Positions 1 to 12,358 of a stretch of 64,000 nucleotides of DNA are shown one piece after another. The translations under genes and the position numbers were made by a program. Below the pieces are notes generated by a model. That model saw only the letters and a list, made by a program, of their open reading frames with translations, did not search any database and had not been told where the DNA came from. Origin of the DNA: Podarcis liolepis (taxonomy: Eukaryota); the NCBI GenBank assembly GCA_965112155.1, contig OZ218101.1; one strand, 5' to 3'. The number at the start of each line of letters is the position of its first letter. The stretch's first letter is position 1.

Positions 1-705
1 CATGGAAGATACCAAATTACCTCTGCAAGAGATTCAATCAATATTTTCCCCGTGATAAAATATATTTCATTCAGGATTTTACTGTATCATCCTGTATTTG
101 TAATTTAATTGTCACAAAGAGCCTTTAATTACAATACTAAAAAATGACTTACGGTTTATTACATTTTGTAGCATTGTTAAGACCTTCTTACAGGCCTCTT
201 CTATCTTTATATGCTTGTCTTATTTATGCACACTATTACGCATCACTGTTTTCACTTTTTTTTTTTGAAAACAATTAAAACACACACAAAAATGTATATA
301 CAGGCATGATTTCAGTGGCTGAATAGCCTGCAGTGTCAAAAGCCTTCCAGGAGCACTAATAAACAGCATTATATTAGAATGAGTAATGAGTAATTAGAAT
401 GAGAAAGTGCACTCTCAAAAGGGTCACTTTAGTTAGTTATACACTGACCTCAGCCTTTAGCAGAGAAACACACTTTGGGTACGATGCAGCTGAAATTAAG
501 CACTTTTTATGCCCCACTGGTTTCGCACCCAACACCATCCTGTTTCCAAGAGTAAGATGCCAGCTGCCCCTCACAGAAAGTGAGAGACTGGGAGAAAAGA
601 AAGCAAAGTCCTAAGGACAGATCTTCTAAGCTGTCATCCATCATGATTAATCCCAGAAAGCCATCTGGCAAAGACTTGTGAAACCTTAAAGTCTGGCACC
701 TTTTA

Positions 706-790
706 TTATAGAATCATACAATTTCAGAGTTGGAAAAGGATCTTAGAGGTCTAATCTCCTGCTCAGTCTTGTCTAATCCCCTACTGAGGG
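706..790 (-). mobile_element. CR1 LINE 3' tail remnant
   Basis: atagaatcatacaatttcagagttggaaaagg resembles the reverse complement of the CR1 (ATTCTATG)n end. Confidence 0.5.
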
Positions 791-856
791 CAGAACCTAC
801 AATGCAACCATGACAGAAATATGTGGCCCTCCAGGTAGTATTGGACATGAACCCTA

Positions 857-1098
857 TAATTATAATAATTATAACATTTGTTTGTTTGTTTGTTTCCTGC
901 CCATCTGGCTGGGTTTCTCCAGCCACTCTGGGCGGCTTTCAACAAAATACTAAAAATAAACAGGGCTGCCTTCAGATGTCTTCTAAAAGTCAGACAGTTG
1001 TTTATTTCCTTGACATCTGATGGCAGCGCGTTCCACAGGGTGGGTGCCACTACCGAGAAGGCCCTCTGCCTTGTTCCCTGTAACTTTGCTTCTCGCAG
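857..1098 (-). mobile_element. L2-clade LINE 3' fragment
   Basis: Encodes RQRAFSVVAPTLWNALPSDVKEI (ORF2 C-terminus); 3'UTR nearly identical to the copy at 27054-27870. Confidence 0.8.
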
Positions 1099-1524
1099 CA
1101 TGGCCAGCGGTCTGGGGCGATTTGTAGTCTGGCAATATCCACAGGTTCCCAACAAACTGCTGCAACCTTGACAGATTCAGCCTCTGTTGAAAAACCTCCA
1201 CTGAAATATTTTACAAAGAATAACAATTATAATTACTACTTTGTCAGCTCCACCTTATCTAAGGGTGCTTGTTTATGGTGTAACATTGTCTCCTTCCTGC
1301 ATTCACTCTGTATTCTGTTTTGTGTTTCTTCTGTAGTTTTATGGTTTTGCCTTGTAATATACCCTGGCAAAATCGCAACAAAAAACCCCAACCCCTTCAT
1401 TGAAGGAAAGCATCTCCCAAGGCAGCCCACGCCAGTCAGACAGCTTATTGTTACGAAGTGTCTTCTAATCTGCTTCCTTGCTATTTCCACCCATTTGTTG
1501 TCACCCTGCCCTCTGGAGCAACAG

Positions 1525-1605
1525 AAAGAAGTTGTGGCTTTCATGGAAATGCCTCAATAAACTGGTTGCTGTTTAAGGTGCCACAATACTTCTTTGTTGT
1601 TTTTA
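1525..1605 (+). mobile_element. Penelope-like terminal remnant
   Basis: caataaactggttgctgtttaaggtgccacaa resembles the sauropsid Penelope terminal motif (from recall only). Confidence 0.35.
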
Positions 1606-2101
1606 CTGTTTAAGTCTCTCCCATTAAAAGTGCTTAATTTTGGCTGAGGGTTCCCATACAGCAGAAACAGGAGGCAGCATATTGAGGAGGCAGGGTAAAC
1701 ACAATCACTTCCATCTCCCAGGTGAGGGGCACAGTTTTAGTAAACTTTCCTCTGTTAAGCATATGTGGAAGAAAGGTTCTAGTCTAGTCTTCGCCTCCTG
1801 TGCTGCTTATCTGTTTATTTCTAACATAAATAAGTGTTATGGTGGCATGAGGCCACTTTATTCTTTGTTCCCATAGTTATTACATCTAAGAGTTACCATA
1901 TGCGAATCTGATTATTCTGGGTTGACATGTAATATACTTGAGGTTCCAGGTGACACCAATTTTAATGACTGCTAAAATCCAAAACTGATCAATGGACAGC
2001 CAACTCAGTGTGATTTCAATGCCACCATTTAAAGCTCTGAAGTGAAACAGTGGCCAGAGGATGAAAAATTCAGGTCTATATTCCAGTCATTTGAGCTGCA
2101 T

Positions 2102-5100
2102 TTAGTTATCAAGCTTAATTGTATCAATCACACGAACAACCATTGGTTTAATAGACAAAGGTACTAGTTCTTCACTGTAGCTTTCTGCTATGTATTTTTC
2201 CAAGGCTAGTGATCTAGCTTTCTGACTTATTGCATCAGCCCCGAGCTTTTGAGATTCCCCACTTCCTTGTTCTGATAGCACATTTGCTGACAGAGTTTGG
2301 TACTTGCCAGGAGGACTACGCTGTGGTTTTCTCTGTTCTGCGGGACACGTCTTGTTCGGTGAGCCCAATTTGGGACCAGTATCAGTCTCACATAGTGTTT
2401 TGTTCTTTTGCATGGTCCTATCGTGACTTGACAGTGGAGCCAAGGAACCCTTCCTTTCACTAGAGTTCTTTTCATGCACTCCCAGTTCATCTGAGGCAGG
2501 AAGACGATACTTCTCAGATTTATGATGCGTATGCTTTCCATCTCTTATACTAGATTTAGGTTTGACATAATCCTTTGGTGGTTGTGGTTGCTGCTGCTGT
2601 TTCCCTGCTGTGGCGCTATATTGATGGCTCTCCTGTTTCACATCTGATAAGGGTAGCTGCTGGTTCTTAGAATTCCATGAAGCCTGTTTTTCATTCTTAG
2701 CAATATCCTCGTGGTTTCTAGAGTCATTCAAGGATGGTTTCTGCGGCTCCCCTGCTGCAAGATTTACTGGCTCAGTCTTTGATTCATTTGGTGCTGGTAT
2801 CTGATGTTCCTTATGGTTGCGCAAAGTACCTCTCTCCCTTACAGTAGTCTCTTTGCTCTTTGGAAGTCCATTTCTAGAGTCACCTAAAGATGGTTTCTGT
2901 GACTTCTCTGCTGCAGGTTTCATTGGCTCAGCCTTTTTATTCTTTGGAACTTCATTTTCCAAAGGTAACTGGTTTTGCCCAGAATTACTAGTGTTCTCTT
3001 TTGTTTTCCCCAATTTGCTTACAGTAGTCTCTTTACTCTTTGGAAGTTCATTTCTGGAGTCATCTAAAGATGGTTTCTGTGACTTCTCTGCTCCAGGTTT
3101 CATTGGCTCAGCCTTTTTATTCTTTGGAAGTTCATTTTCCAAAGGTAACTGGTTTTGCCCAGAATTACTAGTGTTCTCTTTTGTCTTCCCCGATTTGCTT
3201 TCAGGTTTCACTTTCTTGCCAGATAATGGTATTTTGTCACTCTTAGTCTTAAGGCTATCCTGGGCATTTCTTTGGTTAGCATTATCATCACATTTCACTG
3301 GTTCTTTGAGTGTGGAGAGCTGGTGTTTTGCAGCGTTTTCATCTTTTGATGCAACAGTTCCACCTTTTTCTGGATCTCTTGATGGTGTTTGACATTTTGA
3401 GTTATCTGGGGAATGTAACACTCCCGGCCTGCTAGGTTTATGCTTTGGTGGGGTCAGCTGCTGTGCACCTGCTCTTTCACCAGCACCCTCTGCAAGGTCA
3501 CTTTTTATTAATTTCTGGGGCATATTGGAGTTACGCACCAACTTCTTACCTCCCACTATAGAGTTTTTCTCTTCTGTTACCTTGTCATCTTGCCCCTTTC
3601 TATCAGCAGATGATGGAATTAGACATTGTACTTCTTTCAGTAGATTTCTTTCTCCTCCTTCACTGTTCCCCTGCTTTACTGTTTCATTTGGGGAGGGAAA
3701 TCCGCTTTTCTCAGGCTTTACTTCTGCCATCACTTTCATGCTTTCCTGCTTCCCAGTGTTGTTTCCTAAGGGCACCTGCTGCTTCTCCACATTGTGCGCG
3801 GGGCTTGCCTCCCCTACAGGACTAATTTCACGCTTTCTAGTCTCCTTTGTTGAGGCTGGTTGATACTTCCTGGTCTGGGGACTCATACCCTCAACTTCTA
3901 CAGCATGGTTTTCACTCTTAATTAAATCATTGCACAAATTGCTTGTTGTTGGCTTGCTGTCTTGCCCAGGTGCCCCCTTGGGCTTCAGCAATTCAGCTGG
4001 AGAAGGGAAGTGGTGTTTCTCAGAATTAGGACTGGCTGCATTATCTCTTACAATACAGCTCTCTTTCTTTTTCACTGCATTTGATGTTGGGGTTTGGAGG
4101 TTTCTGACACTGCACGAAGGTCTGTCGACTTCTGGAGTATCACCTTCTGGATTTGCTGAGTGGGTCAGTGAGGATGAGTGAGATTTTTGAGAAGGAGGTG
4201 CAGGATTCTTTTCCAGATTGCCAGTTTCGTGGCTGACGAATTCTTCCGACAGCCTCTGAGAGGTATCCAAATGGCTCAAGCTACTCTTTCCCTTTTTGCT
4301 CTTGTTTTCAGAATTTGTCTTTTCATTATCTGAGCGCAGTTCAGCTTTGCTAGTATTCCCTGCTGCTCTAACGCAGCTGGATTTATCTAAATCACCAGTC
4401 AAAGGGCAAAGCTCTTTTTCAAAATCATTTCCTTTTAAATCATTGTTGTCTTTCTGGCTCCTATTTGAAGTAGGAGTTTGGTGTGGTTGATCTATAGTCT
4501 GTTTTGATATGTTTGAGCTAGGGTTATTTTGTTGGCTCAGCTTTGGATGCGATTGTGGCTCCTTGGGCAAATGCTCCCTTTCTGCCTGTTGATCAGATGG
4601 CTCACCTTGGCTTCTCGATGGCTGTAGCACTCCCTTTTTTGCTTTATCTGCATGGTCGCTTTTGTTAAGGCTAGGAAATAGTTCCTCCTTATCAGGCAGC
4701 TTTTCTTTGTTCTGAACCGTGTCAGAAAACGTGCTCCCCAAACTTTGTGCGTTATCTTGACATGGCTTAAGCGGAGGCATTTTGTGAACAGCTGCAGGTT
4801 CAACACTTGATTGCTGGTCCTTTATTGGAGGCTCTCTGTTACAAGATGCCTGAGCTACAGGAGAGAGAAATGGTGGAATATTTTCCAACACTTTCTTTTC
4901 AGAGAAACATTTTTGGCTGGTGAATGGGGGATCTTTTATAGGCTCTGCTAATTCTATTTCTGTCTCCTTTGGCTTGAACATGCCTTCTGGTATGCCAGGA
5001 ATCCCGTCCCCTTTCATTTCCTGGTGACTATGTACATGAACTCCTTCAGCTGGATTAGAAGAGAGGTCCTTAGTAGGTATGTTTTCTCTGCTCATGATTT

Positions 5101-6344
5101 TTGCTGCATTTTTGTCTCTGGACCTGGAAAAGGTATCATCCACAGGCGGTATGGTGTTCTCTTTGTGATCTAAGCTGTCCTTAGATAAAGGAGGTATGCA
5201 ATCAACAAGGGACACATTTTCACGTGAAGGAAGAACACTGTCTTGATTAGAACCTGGGCTTGTAGGAGTTACATTACTCTTGACAATGTCCTTTTTGTCA
5301 GCCACCACCTTAGGCATTTCATGATGCTTGTTTTGCAACTGTCCTCCTAGTTGCCCTTTATGTGCCATGCTTTCTGGTATCCTGTTGTCATGAGACCCAA
5401 TGCCACGTGCTTTCTGGGTGTCTTTTGGTCTCCCCACTTCAGAAGGCTGAGTGGCGGACTTGGCATTTGTAGCCCAACTCCAAGGGTGACTAATTTCAGT
5501 AGCAACACAGAATTTAGGTGTAGGGATAGTTGTGCATACCAGCTGTTGAGGCTGAGGGCTATTGACAATTGTGGTTGTCCTCAGTTTCCTTTCAAGCACT
5601 CTTATTTCAGGTTTGCAAATCTTTTTTCTCTCTGGGCCCTTTTTGCTCTTTCTCTCGCCTTTGCACGGCAGCAAAGATTTCACCTCAATGGCTGAACAGA
5701 TATTACTGCTTTGTTCAAACTTTTCTTTCAGTTTGGACAAGACAGAGTTTTTGTTGATGATCTTGGGCAGGTTATCGTTTGGTGTCTTCTTTTTTGGAGC
5801 CACCTGCTTTTCTCTTTCTTTAGCTTCTTTTTCCTCAGCAACTAAGAATTTCTTCAGGATATTCTTCACAGTATTTTTCCCGGTTGAGCAGACCCATTTG
5901 ACTTTATCGTGGGGTGTTATCTCTGGGCTTTCTCCTTCCTTTGAGGAGCTTTTGTCCAGCTTGCTTACAATGGAGTTTAGCCCGTTTCTGTTCTGCTTTT
6001 CTTTAACGACCAGCTTGCCAACCTCTCTCGACCTTTTCCTGTAGGCCTCGCGGTTGTTGTTCATGAACCTCGATTGCAGAAGCTGGAATTTGGTGGGACG
6101 AATGCCGCCATGTGCGCTATGGCATTCGCGCCTCGAGTTCACCTTGTTCTCTATCCCTTCGAGCCACTTGGCCTTCTTGCTCTCGACCTGGGGTCGGCTG
6201 GATAGGAGGTCTGTGAGGTAAAGTAGAAGGCTGCTGAGGACAGCAAATGCACCTAGTTCTGTGGACATCTTACTGAGCTTCTTCTTCAGCACTATGGGGT
6301 CAACCAGCACCTTATCACTGCCCAGCTTTGTACCTTTACTTCTG
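2102..6344 (-). CDS. ADPRHL1: ADPRHL1 giant exon 8 (long isoform C-terminal extension, ~1414 aa, largely low complexity)
   Basis: Uninterrupted 1402-aa ORF (2102..6310) stays open up to a polypyrimidine tract + CAGCAG acceptor at 6347-6342. The phase-2 donor in exon 7 (GAA AA|GTAAAG) joins in frame, giving ...SSEEN-RSKGTKLGSDKVLVDP...; total 5304 nt = 1767 aa + stop. Confidence 0.85.
2838..3200 (-). repeat. In-frame 180-bp (60-aa) tandem duplication inside ADPRHL1 exon 8
   Basis: 2838-3020 vs 3018-3200 align without gaps, 8 mismatches counted by eye. Confidence 0.95.
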
Positions 6345-6469
6345 CTGCATAAAAGAAAACGAATGTTGTTGTTTTTGTCCAGGGAAAGTCATCAACATTG
6401 CTTTTACTTCCTTACTGGTTTTAATGTGTTTAAACAAGATTATATACCGCTTTATTTTTTATTTTTACA

Positions 6470-6650
6470 CAGGAACCTGCCTGTGTCAGACAATAAGTCC
6501 ATCTAGCTCAGGACTGTCAACACTGACAGGAAACGGCTGTTCAGAATTTTAGGCAAGGTTGTCTCTCAGCCCTATCTGGAGTTGCCAGAGATTGACCTTG
6601 AGACCTTCTGCATGAAATACAGGTGCTCTACCACTGAACTACAGTCCTCC
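6470..6650 (-). mobile_element. tRNA-derived SINE (Squam3-like)
   Basis: Minus strand starts ggactgtagttcagtggtagagcacctg (A-box-like tRNA head). Same family as 28750-28935. Confidence 0.6.
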
Positions 6651-9600
6651 TCCTTAAAAAACACACACACTATAAAATACTCATATTACCAAGAAAAGTA
6701 AACTTAAAAACAGGTAGACATAATAAAATGTATCAATATATAGATAAAATCAACAGGTTTTTTTTTAAAAAAATGAAAAACCACAATATAGCATAATAAA
6801 AAAATGAGCATTAATTTTAGAAGTAAAATTACATCGGCACTCCTCTTAATGTGCCAGGCACATTTATCCAGTGCAGAAGATGATATACAACAGTTGTCTT
6901 AGCCATGACTGTTATTAACAGATGATTGCTGATACCTGTCCAGGATTATGAACAGTAAGCATACATAGTATTAGCACAGAGTGTTTTTTTAAATTCTTTG
7001 AAACACAGGACGCACCTCTGCAGGCACATCCCAAATAATGGCATAGTGGCTTAACATGCAGCTGAAGTACCAGAAAACAAAATATGACTATGTGTCATGT
7101 CTGGAGTATGACACTATGTAGTGTGAGGTTCTGTCTGTATTTTTTTTTTTTTAATCCTGAAAACAGAGAGGAACAGGATACTAGCAAAAGATTACATAGT
7201 TCATTCATTCAGTAGGGTTTAAAAAACAAAACAAAAAAACTTATTTTATTTCAACCGACTATCATGCCATACTAGAAACCGCTATTGAAACCCTCAGTTT
7301 CTAATGCAGTTTGTCATCTGATAGTAGGATGTGATGAAGATACTGTTTGAGAAATGCAAGTCCAAATCCTACTTTTTAATGCACAGAACCCTTTGGAACC
7401 TGGCCTGCTCTCTCTCTACAGGGAGCTAGCAAAGTTTGAAAGCTTGCAGCATTCCACTGTGTAATAAAATCCATCTAGTCCTAAGCGAAAATCTGATCTG
7501 CTTTCCCATCAATTATGCGGGGAAATGTTCTCTTAAAATCCCTTTTCTGAATCCTAGTGAAACCAGGAAAGCCAGAGATAAAAGCATTGTATGCCATGAT
7601 ATCCAAGACAATATCAATTGACCTCTCTATCCTTTCATTTATTAACATGGGTAGAGATAGAAGTCTGGCATGGTTATAAGCCTACTTCTGTTTGAAGAAT
7701 TAGGCCTACAGGCAGCTGAGGATTTAGGAAATGCATTAACTGGTGAGGATCAGTTACTAAATAAAATAGTGAACTCAGTGTGAAAGCTACATGGTGAAGT
7801 CAACAGTAATAGACAATAGCCCGGAGGGGGGGAAATGCACCAGAGGTTTCAACTTTCTAGCACCATAAAAAAACTTGGAAGGTTAATTCACGTAATAATA
7901 AAGTAGTATGTGAATGGGATTCAGCCTGCATACCAGGACAGTATTAAGTTTTTATACCTCTTCATATACAAGCAAAAGCAAGACAACAAATCGCCTTGGG
8001 ATGAAATCCTGGCACTGGTGAATGCAAGGGCAAATGCCAGCTTTGATTCCAGCAGATCAGGAGTTCATCCTTACCACGTAAGATGCCCAGACCATACAAT
8101 GAAGGTGCTTTTCTGATTTCGAGAAGCAACATAAGCTGCTAAATTCAGATAGATTCTGCCATCCACATCACTATAAGAGAGTCAACCATTTATTTATTTA
8201 TTTCCTTTCTCAACAAGCTGTGGCATTTTATGAAGAGTTGTTGTTGCTTTGTGGTTTTTTTAAAAAAAGGTACTTTTAATGGTCATTTCCTATCAACATG
8301 GATGCCAGCTCAGGTTTGAAGGAGGGAGGAGCAGAAAGAGATTTCACAGCAAGAATCAAAAGACTGCTTTTTGGAGAGATAGTTCTTCAGACAGAAATAC
8401 AACATTGCATTTTAACAGCACATGTTATGGTGACTTTTTTATACCTCACAATTACCAGAAATATAGATGTTCCTGAAGAACAGTATCACATGTAAGTGGC
8501 AGACTGCCCCTCACCCCTCTGCTTGTAAATGAAGATGGCAAAATCTAGGCCTCAGAGCTTTTCTCACAGGTAAACATTGCACACAAGAACATCTGAATGA
8601 AACAGTTGTGCTCAACATCACAGGTTCTGCTTATAATTACCATTGTCATAATGGGGGAAAAAGACAACAAAGCAATGAAAACTTTTGACAGTTGGCCAGC
8701 ACTGAATACAACAAACAATATGCAGCATATGAGGATAAGGATGAGCGGCTAGATGTCACTGTGTTTTGGGGTTTTCTCCATTGCAAGACAACATACGTAT
8801 ACAACACTATTTATAAAAAGCAGCTTCTGCTGAGGCCATGCCTGACGCACACATGAAAGAATGGATAACGTCACTGATTCGAGGGGTGGATTTATTGGAA
8901 CCGGTGTTAATCTCAAGCCATGTCACTCACTGGATTCTCTTCCCGTTACCGAAGTATGAATTCAAGGATGAATATTAAATATACCCAACGATTTAAAAAA
9001 TTTGCCCTTTCAAATTGTAGGAGTCTTCAGATGGGAAGAATACGGTACATCAAGAGTTTTATTTCAAACAAAGACTACGATGCATTTATAAATCTAGCTT
9101 CAGGAATGAAGGGGAAATGTCTGTTCCCCATTTCTTCAATCCCTCCCCCATATGAAATCCTTGTTTCATCAATACCCACACACAAAAGGCATATTCAGGA
9201 GGTCTTGAAACCAGCATTGTGGGCCAGTGCCTCATTTAATTGTCTTCTGATATCATGAGGCAGAAGATTTCAATCTTAACCAAAGAACTCACACTGTGGG
9301 TCAGAGTCCATAGGAACCACTTAAGTATTACCTCAGTGGTGAGGAAACTCTTTCCTATGCTGCTGTGGTAACATAAGAACCCAAAGATCACATTAGAGAT
9401 TTGCTAATGATATGGCAAATTCCTTTTCCTTTCCTGGCCAGAATTAAATCAGTGTCTTGTCATGAATGACCTGTTTGTATGTTTCAGCACCTATATTCTT
9501 CACTTTAGCAGCTTCAACAAATGAAAGCAAATTGCATATACTCTTAGGGCAACTAAGTATAGCTGCTGACAAAGAGTTAGGAATAGGTATTCTATGGAAA

Positions 9601-12052
9601 GAATTAAAGTTATGTGTTAGGAATGCAATCCTATGCATGATTACTAGGAAGTAAAGTCGCACTGAACTGTGGTGGCTACTTCTTAGTAAAAGTACATAGG
9701 AACACTCTGTACATCCTATTTAATGTAAAAGGGGACTGAGGCACAAAGCTGATATCAGAAATCAATTAGACTTCAAAGCGGTTTACTCAGAAAGTTAAAA
9801 TAGATTGGGGGCGAATAAAATAAACTGCCCAAGGCACTGCTTTGAAACAAAGGTAATAATATGAAACAGCAAATGCAGCTCCATAATTTGGATCATATTA
9901 TACAGAGATTGTTTGTAGGCTGCCTCAGTCACTATTCATAGTTACAAGGTTACTGTTACAACTCACAAGGTGACTGTTTAAGAGAGTACGTTCAACATGG
10001 AGAAGAAGAAAGAGGCCAGCAGTGTATTTTCATTTGGGAGTCAACCTCTGACTGGCAAGAAAACAAAAAAAAACCCCCAAACACCTTAAAATTTCAGGAG
10101 AGAGTGAAGGACCTGACCACAGTGAAGAACTAAGGTGGAAGACGGCAGTATATGTCAAAAATTACACAAAGGGTCAGCCCAATACATTTTGGCACCTGAG
10201 GCAAACCACAAAATGGCATCCCTCTTACCGCCAGGGAAGAAGGGGTGAGTGAAGATCTACATCAGGAGCAACGGAGGGAATAAAAATCTACACAAGGATC
10301 TGCTGCCTTGGTTGTATCTAGACTAGGTTAGGCTGCAATCCATCCTACTCACCTGGAACTTGTAAGCCCAATTGAATAGGACTTACTTCTGAGTAGACAT
10401 GGTAAGACTTGCACTGTTTAGGTAGTATTCAACTAGAGTCAACTCCGGGTAGACCGATTGAAATTTATGAATATGACTAAGTGAGGCCCATTAATTTCAG
10501 TGGGTCTACTCTGAGTAAGACTTAGTTCCAACCTTGGTCACACTTTAAGTCCAATGGAAATCAATAGGACTTAAATTAGTCATGGCTAACTTTCTATATT
10601 GATTTTAACAGAATCTAAATGCTCTTAACTTACACCACAACTACCAACTATCTCCATATTTACTCAGAAGAAAACCACGTTGAAATCAACGGAACTTACT
10701 CCAAGTTGAATGTATGTAAGATTGCAGCCTCAGTCTGGATCCAACCCACTAACTTTGAAACTCTTTATCTGCCACTATATATCCTACATCTTTCTACACT
10801 AGAACAACACTTTCCAGATTTCGTAGTAGAAGAGATTCTCAGCACCAAGAAATTCACTGTAACCTTGACCAACAATGACTTAGTGACAACTGCAAGCAAG
10901 AATTCCAGCAATGACACAGTAACATGCAATGCACACAATGTCAAAATAATGAATGATGCTTATGAAGAGGCATAAGATTAATTTATTTACAAGTATTTTA
11001 GCCACCCAAATCATTAAAAAGTTTGTAAAGGTGTTTTTTTTTGGGGGGGGGGTGGAAATCACCACAAAAATATATAGGAAGCCAGGAATAGTTGGAGAGT
11101 TGTTTTGTTAACTTCCTAGAATATTTAGGCACTACAGTTCTGGAAAAGGATATACATTTAATTGATTTTTCAGTTAGGTGATATCACAGAAAATCAATAT
11201 TACGGAGTTGAGAGGAAACCGGAAATAGTGCATAAAAATGGACTGAAAATATAGAATCTCAGACATACTTCCTTCAAAGGGTGATAAAATTAGTTTGTCT
11301 TAAATAGGTGTGCAGACAGCATTAGTTTTACATATATATTATTGGCATATGTGTACATGCAGTCACATTTTGATGTGATGCAGAATTTTATAACAAAAAT
11401 GGGTTCTTAGACTGCTTCATCCCCACCCCAAATTATAATGCCAAGGTGATATAATTAAAGTAGTATGATTAATATTAATATTAGAAGACATTCTTAAGTA
11501 CTGAATACTGACAGAATTTAAATACCCTTAATCTATTTTATTTACTATACCCTTTCCTTCAAATAAATTATTGGAGTGGCTTACAATAAATTTAATAGTA
11601 TAATTCTACTATTCTGCCTCTGCGCAGCATTTTATAATGCTGCCTGCAACAATATTGGCATAGTTTGGGAGTTACATGGAAATAACGATTAGCAACCCAA
11701 TGTACACTTAGCTGCAAGCTGATTCTGTCCCTATATTTGCTAACACTTGTCTCATTCATACATTACATTTTTAGGGGTCCATTAAAAAAACTCAGGTGTA
11801 CCCAAAAATGTAATGTGTGGACTGGCCCTTAGGTCGGGTCAAGAAACTCCTATCAGTGGAGTAGTGGGAGTACTTCAGAGTAAATGAATAAAATAACATC
11901 ATGTTAAAGACAGTGTGACTTCACTGAGACTTAGGGGCACGCAATTCTTTTCCTGAATTGTTACAAATCTGTTTAGAGTTGCTTCTTAGGAATTTGGCTG
12001 CAGGGTATAATATAATCTTTTTTTAAAATAAAATGAAATGGCAAAAACATCT

Positions 12053-12274
<222 letters not shown>

Positions 12275-12358
12275 TCATATACGGTATATTAAGAGCAATC
12301 TCAGTTCTCTGAGCGCTGGTCCAAATTGGCACCACCAAGAGGTTGGCAGAAACATTTA

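Noticed and set aside
1-2100. Expected neighbour GRTP1
   Set aside because: No GRTP1-like exon or CpG island seen; this region looks like 3'UTR/downstream sequence with repeat fragments.
2230-6044. Several plus-strand ORFs (e.g. 2817..3392, 5562..6044) rich in F/S/L
   Set aside because: Antisense shadows of the K/E-rich exon-8 codons; no independent coding evidence.
2102-6310. 1402-aa ORF as a stand-alone intronless or viral/transposon gene
   Set aside because: It starts at GTG with no promoter, has no RT/transposase motifs, and splices in frame to ADPRHL1 exon 7.
8920-9258. 112-aa ORF in ADPRHL1 intron 7
   Set aside because: No recognisable homology or splice support, and the long isoform is already in frame without another exon.
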